From an uncultured Pelagibacteraceae bacterium (GTDB taxonomy: Bacteria; Pseudomonadota; Alphaproteobacteria; Pelagibacterales; AG-422-B15), in the NCBI GenBank assembly GCA_902571005.1, contig CACGAG010000002.1, positions 4,095 to 68,094 on the forward strand: a stretch of 64,000 bases of DNA. The letters are read 5' to 3'. A model generated the notes under the pieces. The model ran no database searches. It was not told the origin of the DNA and worked only from the letters and a program-made list of their open reading frames with translations. Below are positions 19,072-28,247 of this stretch, piece after piece. How positions within the stretch are numbered: position 1 is the stretch's first letter; each line of letters begins with the position of its first letter. The position numbers and the translations under genes are program-made.

Positions 19072-20574
19072 ATGGCTATTTTCAAAGAATATACAAATTA
19101 TGATGGTTTGGGCATAGCCGAATTAATTAGAAATAAAGAAATATCCCCTATTGATCCTCTTGATAGTGCCATTGATCTAATTGAAAAACTGAACCCTAAA
19201 TTAAATGCAGTGCATCGTACAATGTATCACTATGCATTCGAGTCAATAAATAGAAACAAAGATTTAAATGGAACTTTTATTGGAGTTCCATTTCTTATGA
19301 AAGACATGGATAGTTCTTTAGCTAACTATCACATGATGCAAGGCAGCAAGTATTTAAAAAACACTAAAATGCCTTACGACAATCACCTCACAAGACAATT
19401 TAGAGAAACTGGTGCTGTTATATGTGGAAAATCTGCAACACCTGAATACGGTCTCATGGTTACAACTGAGCCAACTGAATTCGGCCCAACGAGAAATCCT
19501 TGGGATACCAATAGAACGACAGGTGGTTCAAGTGGTGGTGCAGCTTCAGCTGTTTCAAGTCGCATAGTTCCTATTGCACATGCAAGTGATGGTGGTGGAT
19601 CAATTCGAATTCCCGCAGCATCATGTGGTCTGGTTGGATTAAAGCCTAATAGAGCAAGAACATCATTCGCACCTTCTCACGGTGATAAATGGGGAGGCCT
19701 TACCCACTCCGGTATTGTTTCTCGAACAGTCAGAGACACAGCTTATATGTATGATTGTTTGTTCGGAAATGTTGTGGGTGATCCTTATGGCATTCCATAC
19801 AAAAAAGGTTCTCTTGTTGAAGCCTTGAGTAAAAAAAATAAACTTAAGATTGGATTTAATCTTAAAAGTCCTGTTGGAATTGAACCCTCACCTGATGCAA
19901 TTGAAGCAATTAAATTCAACGCCAAGTTATGTGAAGACTTAGGTCACGATGTTGAAGAAATGAATTTCAGTTATGACGGACTTCTTGCTGCAAGAGCATT
20001 TACAATAACTATATCCTCTCATGTAACCCAGATGTTTAATGAATTGAAAGATGTTGTTGGCAGAGGATTTAAGAAAAACGAAGTTGAAACTGCAACTAGA
20101 CTATTTAATTATTTGGGTAAAAGTTTCAGAGCGAGTGACTACACTTGGGCACGATATACTATGCAAAAGATTGCTCGATCGGTAATGGAAGAAACTGATA
20201 AGTATGATGTAGTCTTGACTCCTATCATATCTCAGAAACCTCCTTTGATTGGCGAGATTAGACCAAACAAACAAGCAAGTATTTTAAGTGAAATTATCAT
20301 GACTTTAAAATTGGGTTGGGTATTTCGTGTTCAATCAATCAGAGACTCAATTCTCAATAACTTAGCACCTGAGAGTTTATGGTACTCACCTGATGCAATG
20401 CTTCAAAACATCACCGGGCAACCTTCAATTTCATTACCAACATATTGGACTAGTGACAGTCTACCTTTAGGCGTACAATTTGCATCAAGATATGCAGATG
20501 AAGAAACATTAATCTCTCTGGCTGCACAATTAGAGGAAATATCTCCTTGGATTAACAAAACTCCAAATTTATAA
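19072..20574 (+). CDS. Amidase signature family enzyme
   Basis: GVPFLMKD, GGSSGGAA, SDGGGSIRIPA. Confidence 0.92.
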   Translation: MAIFKEYTNYDGLGIAELIRNKEISPIDPLDSAIDLIEKLNPKLNAVHRTMYHYAFESINRNKDLNGTFIGVPFLMKDMDSSLANYHMMQGSKYLKNTKMPYDNHLTRQFRETGAVICGKSATPEYGLMVTTEPTEFGPTRNPWDTNRTTGGSSGGAASAVSSRIVPIAHASDGGGSIRIPAASCGLVGLKPNRARTSFAPSHGDKWGGLTHSGIVSRTVRDTAYMYDCLFGNVVGDPYGIPYKKGSLVEALSKKNKLKIGFNLKSPVGIEPSPDAIEAIKFNAKLCEDLGHDVEEMNFSYDGLLAARAFTITISSHVTQMFNELKDVVGRGFKKNEVETATRLFNYLGKSFRASDYTWARYTMQKIARSVMEETDKYDVVLTPIISQKPPLIGEIRPNKQASILSEIIMTLKLGWVFRVQSIRDSILNNLAPESLWYSPDAMLQNITGQPSISLPTYWTSDSLPLGVQFASRYADEETLISLAAQLEEISPWINKTPNL

Positions 20575-21252
20575 ATTTTTATTCTTTATTTGGCTGTTGA
20601 AGCAGAAGGTAAGAGAAAAAATACTGATAATATGGATTATTGCTATAGATTTTTGCATTAATACATTTTGCACTAATAGTTCTTCATTCAATCTTGGATC
20701 ACCAGAGTATATTTGATAAATTACATAGATAACGGTTGATATAAGAAAAATAATATTCACAACAGTATACTTATTGTCCGCATTACTTAGAAAAAAGGCT
20801 ATTACAAAGAATAATGATGCTGGTACTAACCAACGAAATGCATTTATTGCAAAAAATACATGTGCATCTCTATATAAATCGTGCGGCGTTAGGGCTACTC
20901 CAGCAAAAAATACCATTCCAATGAAAAAAAGTACTGCTGCTATGCACGCACAAAAATACGAAACTTTATTTTCTGTAAATAATGATGGAATGAAAAAACT
21001 TGATATTCCGACCAATAAAAAACAAAAAAGTGCGGAGTTAAAAAAAAATGATGAAATACTGTTAATATCTCCCGCAAATGTAATATACCCACCCAGTTCA
21101 CTTAAAAAATTATGACTAAATGAATAACCAATTTGATCAGGATTATGTATGTTTCCTCCTGGAAAAAAATATGAAGCAATAATTACTGAGACAACAAAAA
21201 AAATTGATACAAATCGAATGATATAGACTGTCCAAAATTTAGTCATTTGCAT
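20569..21252 (-). CDS. DUF998-like membrane protein, paralog 3
   Basis: FPGG..GYSFSHNFLSELG, GVALTPHD....H, QK. Confidence 0.65.
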   Translation of the reverse strand: MQMTKFWTVYIIRFVSIFFVVSVIIASYFFPGGNIHNPDQIGYSFSHNFLSELGGYITFAGDINSISSFFFNSALFCFLLVGISSFFIPSLFTENKVSYFCACIAAVLFFIGMVFFAGVALTPHDLYRDAHVFFAINAFRWLVPASLFFVIAFFLSNADNKYTVVNIIFLISTVIYVIYQIYSGDPRLNEELLVQNVLMQKSIAIIHIISIFSLTFCFNSQIKNKNL

Positions 21253-21955
21253 TTTTTTTTCCTATTAACTTATCGAGGCCAAACGTAAACATGATAATTG
21301 TTGTAATCATTAGAATAATCATCACCTTCTGTAACACTACATTAAATATCAAGAAATCCATTGTGTACGTTTCTAAAAAACGAACACGGTCATTTATTGC
21401 ATCAATCGGTTGAAAGTCACCAAGATAATAGGCATAAACTCCTACTGCAATAAAAAGTAGCACACCTCCTGACGCATAATAGTTTGATAAAGGACTAAAT
21501 AAAAAAGCAAGAACATAAAAGAGAATTGCTACAGAGTATAAATTAAATGCCATAGTTGTAGTAAATAGATGCGCATCAAAGTAAATATCACCTGGTGTTA
21601 AGGCAACTCCTACAAAAAAAACACAAGCCGGAAACATAAATAATGTTCCTAAACAAGCAAATATAAACGAGTAACGATTTACCCTAAATAAACTCGGAAT
21701 AAACAAAAAAGCTATGCCTTGTAATAAGAGCATGTACATTGCAGTATTCCAGAAAAAAGATGAAAAAAAATTTAAATCTCCAGACATTGTTTTATGAAAA
21801 CCAAGCTCACTAAGAAAATTTTTATGAAATGAATAACCTACTTGATCTAGTTCTATATGATTACCGCCAGGGTATAGAAGCATAGCAATGATTACCGCAA
21901 AAATATAGTAAGCAGATGCAATTCTTGGGATATGTACACACCAGAATCTAGTCAT
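21239..21955 (-). CDS. DUF998-like membrane protein, paralog 2
   Basis: YPGG..GYSFHKNFLSELG, GVALTPGD....H, QK. Confidence 0.65.
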   Translation of the reverse strand: MTRFWCVHIPRIASAYYIFAVIIAMLLYPGGNHIELDQVGYSFHKNFLSELGFHKTMSGDLNFFSSFFWNTAMYMLLLQGIAFLFIPSLFRVNRYSFIFACLGTLFMFPACVFFVGVALTPGDIYFDAHLFTTTMAFNLYSVAILFYVLAFLFSPLSNYYASGGVLLFIAVGVYAYYLGDFQPIDAINDRVRFLETYTMDFLIFNVVLQKVMIILMITTIIMFTFGLDKLIGKKNAND

Positions 21956-22658
21956 TTAAAAGTTTCTTGTAACCAAATGTAAAGATCAGAATACTGATCA
22001 TAGAAATAACTGTAATTATTTTTTGCCAAACAACTGATATCGTGAATCGGTTGTAATCTATGAACTCTTCAACATTTTCCAATTCAAATGGATTGAAGTC
22101 AGGTGGAGGCTCACTTGTTTCAAAGATTGTATAAAGAGCGACATTTATAAAATAGATAAAAGCAACAATAGTATATCTATTACTTATTTTGCTCAGTAAA
22201 AATGCGATTGTCATAAAAAAAATACCAACAGTTTGAGCGTTAAAAGCTAAAATAACAAACCAAACATGCTCTTCAAAATAAATATCAGCTGGTGTTAAAC
22301 CAACGCCAATGAAAGATATTCCAGAAATAACTAATAAAATTGATGCAATGACTGAAATCACATAAGTTTTCTTATTCTCTCTAAATAAATTTGGTACAAA
22401 TACGTGAGAGACAGCGCATAGTCCCATTATCAACAAAGAGCTGTTAAATAAAAAGCTTGAGAGAAAGTTCTGAGTGCCATCACGAGTAAATGTGATTCCC
22501 AAGTCACTAAAAAAATTTCCACTAAAAGAGTAAGAATTTAAATCTGGATTAAATAAAGTTCCTCCAGGAAATAAAATCATAGCCGCGGCATTCGTTACAA
22601 TAAAATATGCAATCATGAATCTAAGCGCATATACAGGAATATAGGCAAAATTTGTCAT
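21948..22658 (-). CDS. DUF998-like membrane protein, paralog 1
   Basis: FPGG..SYSFSGNFFSDLG, GVGLTPAD....H, QK. Confidence 0.65.
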   Translation of the reverse strand: MTNFAYIPVYALRFMIAYFIVTNAAAMILFPGGTLFNPDLNSYSFSGNFFSDLGITFTRDGTQNFLSSFLFNSSLLIMGLCAVSHVFVPNLFRENKKTYVISVIASILLVISGISFIGVGLTPADIYFEEHVWFVILAFNAQTVGIFFMTIAFLLSKISNRYTIVAFIYFINVALYTIFETSEPPPDFNPFELENVEEFIDYNRFTISVVWQKIITVISMISILIFTFGYKKLLND

Positions 22659-22662
22659 GAAA

Positions 22663-22743
22663 TTATGCGCTGAAGCTGGATATCAGTATAAAGACCACAA
22701 AAGCAGCAACCATTATGTACATTATTTTGTTGTCTAGATTCAT
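22663..22743 (-). CDS. Putative 26-aa single-TM microprotein (MNLDNKIMYIMVAAFVVFILISSFSA)
   Basis: Hand-translated; stop lies 4 nt before the ATG of paralog 1. Confidence 0.55.
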   Translation of the reverse strand: MNLDNKIMYIMVAAFVVFILISSFSA

Positions 22744-22766
22744 GATCGAAATATAATGTTTATTAT

Positions 22767-23108
22767 ATGGAAAATCCAGCTAGATATACAAATTACAAAG
22801 ATTTTTTTCCTTTCTATTTAAGGGAACACAGCAAAAAAAGCACAAGGATGCTGCATTATTTTGGAACGATTGGTTACCAAGTACTATTCTGGTCCCTGCT
22901 GCTAACTCAAAATTACTTATTCCTGCCTTTAATCTTACTTGCAGGTTATGGTCCTGCATGGATTGGACATTTCTTTATAGAAAAAAATAAACCCGCTACA
23001 TTTAAATATCCTTTATGGTCTCTCATTGGTGATCATCATATGGCTTATTTAATGCTCACAGGCAAACTTAAGAAAAGATTATCTGATGCCGGGGTATCAG
23101 CTACTTAA
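22767..23108 (+). CDS. DUF962 / Mpo1-like protein
   Basis: YLREH..RMLH..G, AWIGHFFIEKNKPATF.YP. Confidence 0.9.
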   Translation: MENPARYTNYKDFFPFYLREHSKKSTRMLHYFGTIGYQVLFWSLLLTQNYLFLPLILLAGYGPAWIGHFFIEKNKPATFKYPLWSLIGDHHMAYLMLTGKLKKRLSDAGVSAT

Positions 23109-23519
23109 AACATAATACGCAGTTCCAAGAAACAATAACAACAAAGCAGTTTGAGAAAAAATCCAGATGGCACCTCTTGCTGAAGTATTATTGAAACAGA
23201 TATGTACAATGGAATGGATCACTCTAAATAATAAATATAACCATGCGCAAATTAGCAAAAAATTACTTTCAATTTCAATAAAAACGATGATCCCTATTAG
23301 AAAATAAAAAATAACTGAAAACTCAAATATATTTGAAATATTATTTTTTATAATTTTCAAATGTAGAGGAGCATCTTTATAAGGCTCAACAGGAATTCCA
23401 CTTTCCTCCCAGTCCTTGCCTTTACCCATTAAATTAACTGATGCGATTGTATGAATTAATCCAATAACAAAAGTTAATAAAATAAGCCCAAGCGCTGGAA
23501 CTAAAATATTAGTTAACAT
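23097..23519 (-). CDS. MAPEG family membrane protein
   Basis: NISNIFEF, RVIHSIVHI; start moved to ATG 23519 (TGATG overlap). Confidence 0.8.
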   Translation of the reverse strand: MLTNILVPALGLILLTFVIGLIHTIASVNLMGKGKDWEESGIPVEPYKDAPLHLKIIKNNISNIFEFSVIFYFLIGIIVFIEIESNFLLICAWLYLLFRVIHSIVHICFNNTSARGAIWIFSQTALLLLFLGTAYYVLSS

Positions 23520-23956
23520 CAGATCATTAAAGAGCAGGCTCGATAAGCCATCCACGCCAGGATAATCGTAGACGGTAACCAAAATAACGTTCTAACTGGC
23601 AAGGCAACACCAGGTATGATTTTATTGTAAAATATGTGAACGATTGAGTGTAAAACTCTTAACCAAAAGAACCATGTTGCCAATAACATAAAATACTCAT
23701 CGACTGTTCCCGTTACATAAATCATAATGCAAACCGCGTAAAAGAAGATTGGAAATTCGAATAAATTTGTCAAATTTCGCTGACTATTTTGAATTAATTC
23801 ACTGCCGTTTTCAAATGTGGGTATTTTAAAATCATCTTCTGTATTCTTCTTATCGATGACAATAGCCTTAAGTCTGAGGACTGTCCCAAAGGCAAAAACA
23901 GCCAAAGAAAGCCATAGCATATTGATGACTGGCTCAAAAATTAATTCGGGTTGCAT
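23519..23956 (-). CDS. MAPEG family membrane protein
   Basis: NLTNLFEFP, RVLHSIVHI; AAGGAG RBS before ATG 23956. Confidence 0.85.
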   Translation of the reverse strand: MQPELIFEPVINMLWLSLAVFAFGTVLRLKAIVIDKKNTEDDFKIPTFENGSELIQNSQRNLTNLFEFPIFFYAVCIMIYVTGTVDEYFMLLATWFFWLRVLHSIVHIFYNKIIPGVALPVRTLFWLPSTIILAWMAYRACSLMI

Positions 23957-24041
23957 AATAAACTCCTTGATTGAAATAAGAATCCAGTAAATTATATATA
24001 CTAATACAGTTTTAACCATATTTAATGAAAGGAGGTGGTCT

Positions 24042-24140
24042 ATGTCTATAGGTAGTATAGAGGAGCTTTGCTCGAGTAGTGAAATTCCATGTGATTGTAG
24101 ATGTGGAAACCTCCACTTTTTGAGTGGAGCTCCGTTTTAA
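24042..24140 (+). CDS. Putative 32-aa Cys-rich microprotein (MSIGSIEELCSSSEIPCDCRCGNLHFLSGAPF), or a structured RNA
   Basis: GAAAGGAGGTG RBS just before ATG; own terminator directly downstream. Confidence 0.55.
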   Translation: MSIGSIEELCSSSEIPCDCRCGNLHFLSGAPF

Positions 24141-24147
24141 CTACATT

Positions 24148-24175
24148 AAGCCCCCATTAATTTGGGGGCTTTTTT
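24148..24175 (+). terminator. Rho-independent terminator
   Basis: AAGCCCCCA-TTAATT-TGGGGGCTT followed by a T run. Confidence 0.85.
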
Positions 24176-24542
24176 AGATCTTTAAATTTGGTTTAAATTT
24201 TCTTGTTTTATTTTTGTCATTGATAGCAACGTAGGAAAACTCCCCAACCGCCACTTCAACTTCCTTTTGGTTCATTTCAGAACGCATCGCAGTAATTTTG
24301 AATATCATTTTGGACTGCTTTACAGATACAATCGATCCGTAAACATTGATGAATTTACCAACATGCATCGGATTTTTATATTTAACTTTAGACTCAACTA
24401 ATACGGCATTTCCTTTTGAAACAAGCTGAGTCATATAAATGCCTCCATGGGCCATTTGCTTTACAATCCAAGCTCCGTGAGCGGTGCCGTAAGGATTGCT
24501 ATCCGGTGGTTGACATATATTTCTGATTAAAAGTTTACTCAT
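24174..24542 (-). CDS. Hotdog-fold acyl-CoA thioesterase (YciA-like)
   Basis: PPDSNPYGTAHGAWI..QM, FSYVAIN; the usual catalytic Asp appears replaced. Confidence 0.75.
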   Translation of the reverse strand: MSKLLIRNICQPPDSNPYGTAHGAWIVKQMAHGGIYMTQLVSKGNAVLVESKVKYKNPMHVGKFINVYGSIVSVKQSKMIFKITAMRSEMNQKEVEVAVGEFSYVAINDKNKTRKFKPNLKI

Positions 24543-24897
24543 TTTTCTTTCTTAAATAACTTATTAGATAAATAGCTGATACACAACCAACTATATTTGC
24601 AAAACCTTCTATTATATCAAAAATACGAAATGGTATAAAAAAATGTATAAACTCAATGAAAACACTTGTGATCAGGGCTAAGCTGATACCAAATACAAAA
24701 TCATTATTTTTATTATTAGCCAATTGTGCCAAGGCGCCAAGTATGAAAAATGAAATAAAGTGTATTCCATAATCAGTAATAAAATTTGCTACTTCTCTTA
24801 CTGTAGAGTCAGCGGGCACAGGTCGCACATATGAGTAATAAAGATAAAATAAATAAAAAAAGAAGATTAGTCGAAGAGGATTTGCTAAAATGCTCAT
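24535..24897 (-). CDS. VanZ-like membrane protein
   Basis: HFISFFILG, EFIHFFIPFR, ANIVG. Confidence 0.7.
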   Translation of the reverse strand: MSILANPLRLIFFFYLFYLYYSYVRPVPADSTVREVANFITDYGIHFISFFILGALAQLANNKNNDFVFGISLALITSVFIEFIHFFIPFRIFDIIEGFANIVGCVSAIYLISYLRKKNE

Positions 24898-24923
24898 GAA
24901 CGTACTATAAGTTTATATGTAAA

Positions 24924-25601
24924 ATGAGCAATATATTAATCATAGGAGCCAATCGAGGTCTTGGGCTTGAGTTTGTAAAGCAATACAGCAATACAAACCA
25001 TAACATCATTGCAACCACTCGAAATAAAGATAGCTCAAAAGAGTTGAATGAAATTAACAATATCGACATCGCTGAACTTGACTTAACTTCTGATGCAAGC
25101 GTCAATAATTTTGTAACAAGTATAGGGTCTCAAAAAATTGATATACTCATTCACAACGCAGGTATTTTTAGTGATGAACAATTAAAAGAAGATCTTGATA
25201 TAGATGCCTGGATGAATGAAATGAGAATTAACGCTGTGATACCCATAATTCTCGCACGAAAATTAAAGAACAACTTAAAAATGGGATCTGATAAGAAAGT
25301 CGTTTTTATATCCAGTCAAATGGGAAGCATTGACGACAATTACTCTGGTAGATTTTATTTTTATCGCTCATCAAAATCAGCTCTTAATTCTGCAGCAAGA
25401 AGCTTATCAATAGATTGGAAAGAAGATGGGATATCTGTCCTTATTTTGCACCCAGGATGGGTAAAAACCGATATGGGTGGCACAAGTGCGAAATTAGAGA
25501 TACCTGAGAGCATTACCCGAATGATCAATGTTATAAATGAACTAAATCTTGATAACTCTGGCTCATTTTTAAATTATGAAGGAAAAAAACTCGAATGGTA
25601 A
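24924..25601 (+). CDS. Short-chain dehydrogenase (CsgA-like)
   Basis: GANRGLG, NAG, YRSSK, HPGWVKTDMG. Confidence 0.92.
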   Translation: MSNILIIGANRGLGLEFVKQYSNTNHNIIATTRNKDSSKELNEINNIDIAELDLTSDASVNNFVTSIGSQKIDILIHNAGIFSDEQLKEDLDIDAWMNEMRINAVIPIILARKLKNNLKMGSDKKVVFISSQMGSIDDNYSGRFYFYRSSKSALNSAARSLSIDWKEDGISVLILHPGWVKTDMGGTSAKLEIPESITRMINVINELNLDNSGSFLNYEGKKLEW

Positions 25602-26221
25602 AAGATCATACACACGATAAACCTGATTTCTATAATGATCTTGATAAGACTTATGAAAATATTTGGGATCAACTCATAATTGGTAAATCAAAATCAAAAT
25701 CTGAATTACATCAAGGGTATATTTCAACATTCAATGATACATTTCCATCTGTTAGAACAGTAGTCCTCAGGCATGTTGATAAGAAAAATAATACCATAAG
25801 TTTTCATACGGATATCCGATCCAGTAAAATTGATGAAATAAAAAAAAATAATGCAGTAACCATGCTGTTTTACGATCATGGCAAAAAGATACAAATTAAA
25901 GTTTCAGGAAAAGCTGAAATCAATCATCAAAACAATAAAGCAAAATCAGCCTGGGATAACTCAAGGTCATTTAGCAAGAAATGTTATGTTGTTGAAAAGG
26001 CACCTGGAACCCCCTCAGATGAACCAACTTCAGGGTACTTACCAGAGCATGAAAACGAACTGCCGGACGATGATCTTTTACAAAACGGTTACAACAACTT
26101 TACTTTAGTGGAAATTCAAATTCACTCGATTGAGTGGCTTTATTTGCATCGTCAAGGTCATCGCCGAGCATTGTTTACATCCACAAATGGCAGTTTAAAC
26201 AAAGAATGGCTAACGCCATAA
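25595..26221 (+). CDS. Pyridoxamine 5'-phosphate oxidase-like FMN-binding protein
   Basis: PSVRTVVLR, FHTDIRSSK, EWLYL...GH.R, W.TP end. Confidence 0.85.
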   Translation: MVKDHTHDKPDFYNDLDKTYENIWDQLIIGKSKSKSELHQGYISTFNDTFPSVRTVVLRHVDKKNNTISFHTDIRSSKIDEIKKNNAVTMLFYDHGKKIQIKVSGKAEINHQNNKAKSAWDNSRSFSKKCYVVEKAPGTPSDEPTSGYLPEHENELPDDDLLQNGYNNFTLVEIQIHSIEWLYLHRQGHRRALFTSTNGSLNKEWLTP

Positions 26222-26257
26222 TAGTGTCTAAATAAAGCAAGAAAAGGTTAAATAGTT

Positions 26258-27094
26258 TTGAAATATTTGTCAGAAAATAGATATAAAGGAGAGATAAAAG
26301 GTTTGGTATTAGACTGGAGTGGAACTACTGCTGACGCATACGTGATTGCTCCAACTATAGTGTTTGTTGAGGTTTTTAAGAAACAAAAGGTTGTAATCTC
26401 CATGGAAGAGGCAAGAGAACCCATGGGTTTACGAAAAGATTTACATATAAAAGCACTCACAGAGAACGCTGAAATAAGAAAGCGCTGGAACATAGTACAT
26501 GGTAAAGACCCACAAATGTCTGATGTTGAAAATATGTACGCAGATTTTGTTCCACTGCAGCTTAAATGCTTAAAACAATACTCAAAATTATTACCCGGAA
26601 CAGCAGAAGTAATTAAACGGGTTCAAAATAGCGGTATAAAAGTTGGTTGCACAACTGGTTTTGTGCGGTCAATGGTTAATATTTTAGAGGAAGAATCAGC
26701 AAAACAGGGATATGTCCCCGATGCGTCAGTTGCAGGTGATGATGTTAAAAATGGCGTTCGGCCCCTTCCCCACATGTTATATAAAAATTTAGATATAATG
26801 AATATAGAATCCATTCAATCAGTTATAAAAGTTGATGATACTGTTTCAGGAATTGGAGAAGCAATTAATGCTGGTTGTTGGGGTGTTGGTGTAACGCGAT
26901 ATTCGAATTATATGAATATAAATTCCTTAGAAGAAGCTGATGAACTGAGTAAAGAAGAAATTGATATGAAACAAGGATTTGCAAAAGATCTGCTTTATAA
27001 AGCAGGTGCGCATTACGTAATAGAAACTATTGCAGATATCGAGACCGTTATTGATGATATTAACAAAAGGCTTTCACGTGGTGAAGGGCCTTAA
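26258..27094 (+). CDS. phnX: Phosphonoacetaldehyde hydrolase
   Basis: HAD motif LDWSGT, EAREPMGLRKDLH (Schiff-base Lys/His), KVDDTVSGI.E, AGAHYVI. Confidence 0.88.
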   Translation: MKYLSENRYKGEIKGLVLDWSGTTADAYVIAPTIVFVEVFKKQKVVISMEEAREPMGLRKDLHIKALTENAEIRKRWNIVHGKDPQMSDVENMYADFVPLQLKCLKQYSKLLPGTAEVIKRVQNSGIKVGCTTGFVRSMVNILEEESAKQGYVPDASVAGDDVKNGVRPLPHMLYKNLDIMNIESIQSVIKVDDTVSGIGEAINAGCWGVGVTRYSNYMNINSLEEADELSKEEIDMKQGFAKDLLYKAGAHYVIETIADIETVIDDINKRLSRGEGP

Positions 27095-27606
27095 AAGTTG
27101 ATTACAAATTTTTCTTGTTCCTCTGTTTCAATTGTACCTGGCCGGCAATTCCTTACATGATTTATGCATTGCTTTGAATCTAGTCCTAGTGCCTTTAAAA
27201 TAAGTGAAGCAAACATTCCAGATCTACCTAATCCAGCATAACAATGCAGGTAAACATTTTTATTGAGTTCTAACTGAGTAACACAATCTCTGATAATTTG
27301 ACTATATTCATTTTTTTTAATCTGAGCTGGAATACCATAGTTTTTTATGGGCATGCTGTAGGCCCTAACATTCTTCTCCTCTAGATCTTTATGGAACTGA
27401 TTAATTTCAAAATTTCTAATTTCATTAAGTTCTATCAATGAAACAACGAGTGATATATTTAAGTCGATGATAATGGTTAAATCTTTTTTATAAGTAAATT
27501 TATCAAATCTAGAATTACTGATACCTGGACAACTGGATATAACCAAATTACCAAGATTTTTTTTTGCTTTAACAATTTTCGAAAGCTTTATTTTAGTAAA
27601 GTTCAA
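27091..27606 (-). CDS. Dual-specificity / CDKN3-like cysteine phosphatase
   Basis: HCYAGLGRSG (CX5R), CPG, RPGTIETEEQ. Confidence 0.85.
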   Translation of the reverse strand: MNFTKIKLSKIVKAKKNLGNLVISSCPGISNSRFDKFTYKKDLTIIIDLNISLVVSLIELNEIRNFEINQFHKDLEEKNVRAYSMPIKNYGIPAQIKKNEYSQIIRDCVTQLELNKNVYLHCYAGLGRSGMFASLILKALGLDSKQCINHVRNCRPGTIETEEQEKFVINF

Positions 27607-28202
27607 ATATAGGACTTTTGAATAAAAGGATGAAAGAATGAAATAGTTTCAGTTTTCTTTCCCCTAATTTTTGCATTGTCATCATACTTTCGAAGTCTTA
27701 CTGCATCTTCAAAATATTTATGACTTTCCAGTTTTCGAATAGCATCTTTGTTTAAATATCCGCCTTGAAGTTTAAAACTTCTTTTGGAGCCATCTGAAAG
27801 ACCGTCATAATAATCTGATTGAACGGAACATAGATATCTCTTTGCAATAACGTGCATTTTAATTGGGTAAGTAACTTCTTCAGGGAAATACTTGGATAAA
27901 AAAGATGCAGCAACGTTTTCATGATACTTGTCATTGTTTAAAAAATCATGGCTATTTACATCTTCGCCAGTCAACATATGCCCTAAATCGTGAAATAATG
28001 AAGCAGTAATAAATTTATCACTTTCATTATTTTCTTTAGCTAAGGTTGCGCACTGAAGAGCATGTTGTAATTGAGTAATCTCTTCGTCATAAAAACTGCA
28101 TGAACCTCTTTGATCAATAATTTCACATAAAACATTGGTACGCTCAATAATTGAAGCTGAATTTAATTTATTTTCTAGAGATTGGATTTTATCTAATTGC
28201 AT
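27603..28202 (-). CDS. phnZ: PhnZ-type HD-domain phosphonate dioxygenase
   Basis: ITQLQHALQCA, LFHDLGH, HE, HVIAKRYLC, S..LQGG, LR.YDD.AK. Confidence 0.82.
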   Translation of the reverse strand: MQLDKIQSLENKLNSASIIERTNVLCEIIDQRGSCSFYDEEITQLQHALQCATLAKENNESDKFITASLFHDLGHMLTGEDVNSHDFLNNDKYHENVAASFLSKYFPEEVTYPIKMHVIAKRYLCSVQSDYYDGLSDGSKRSFKLQGGYLNKDAIRKLESHKYFEDAVRLRKYDDNAKIRGKKTETISFFHPFIQKSYI

Positions 28203-28247
28203 GATTTAAATGATTAATTATATTTTTTTTAATGTCAATAATTTGAG

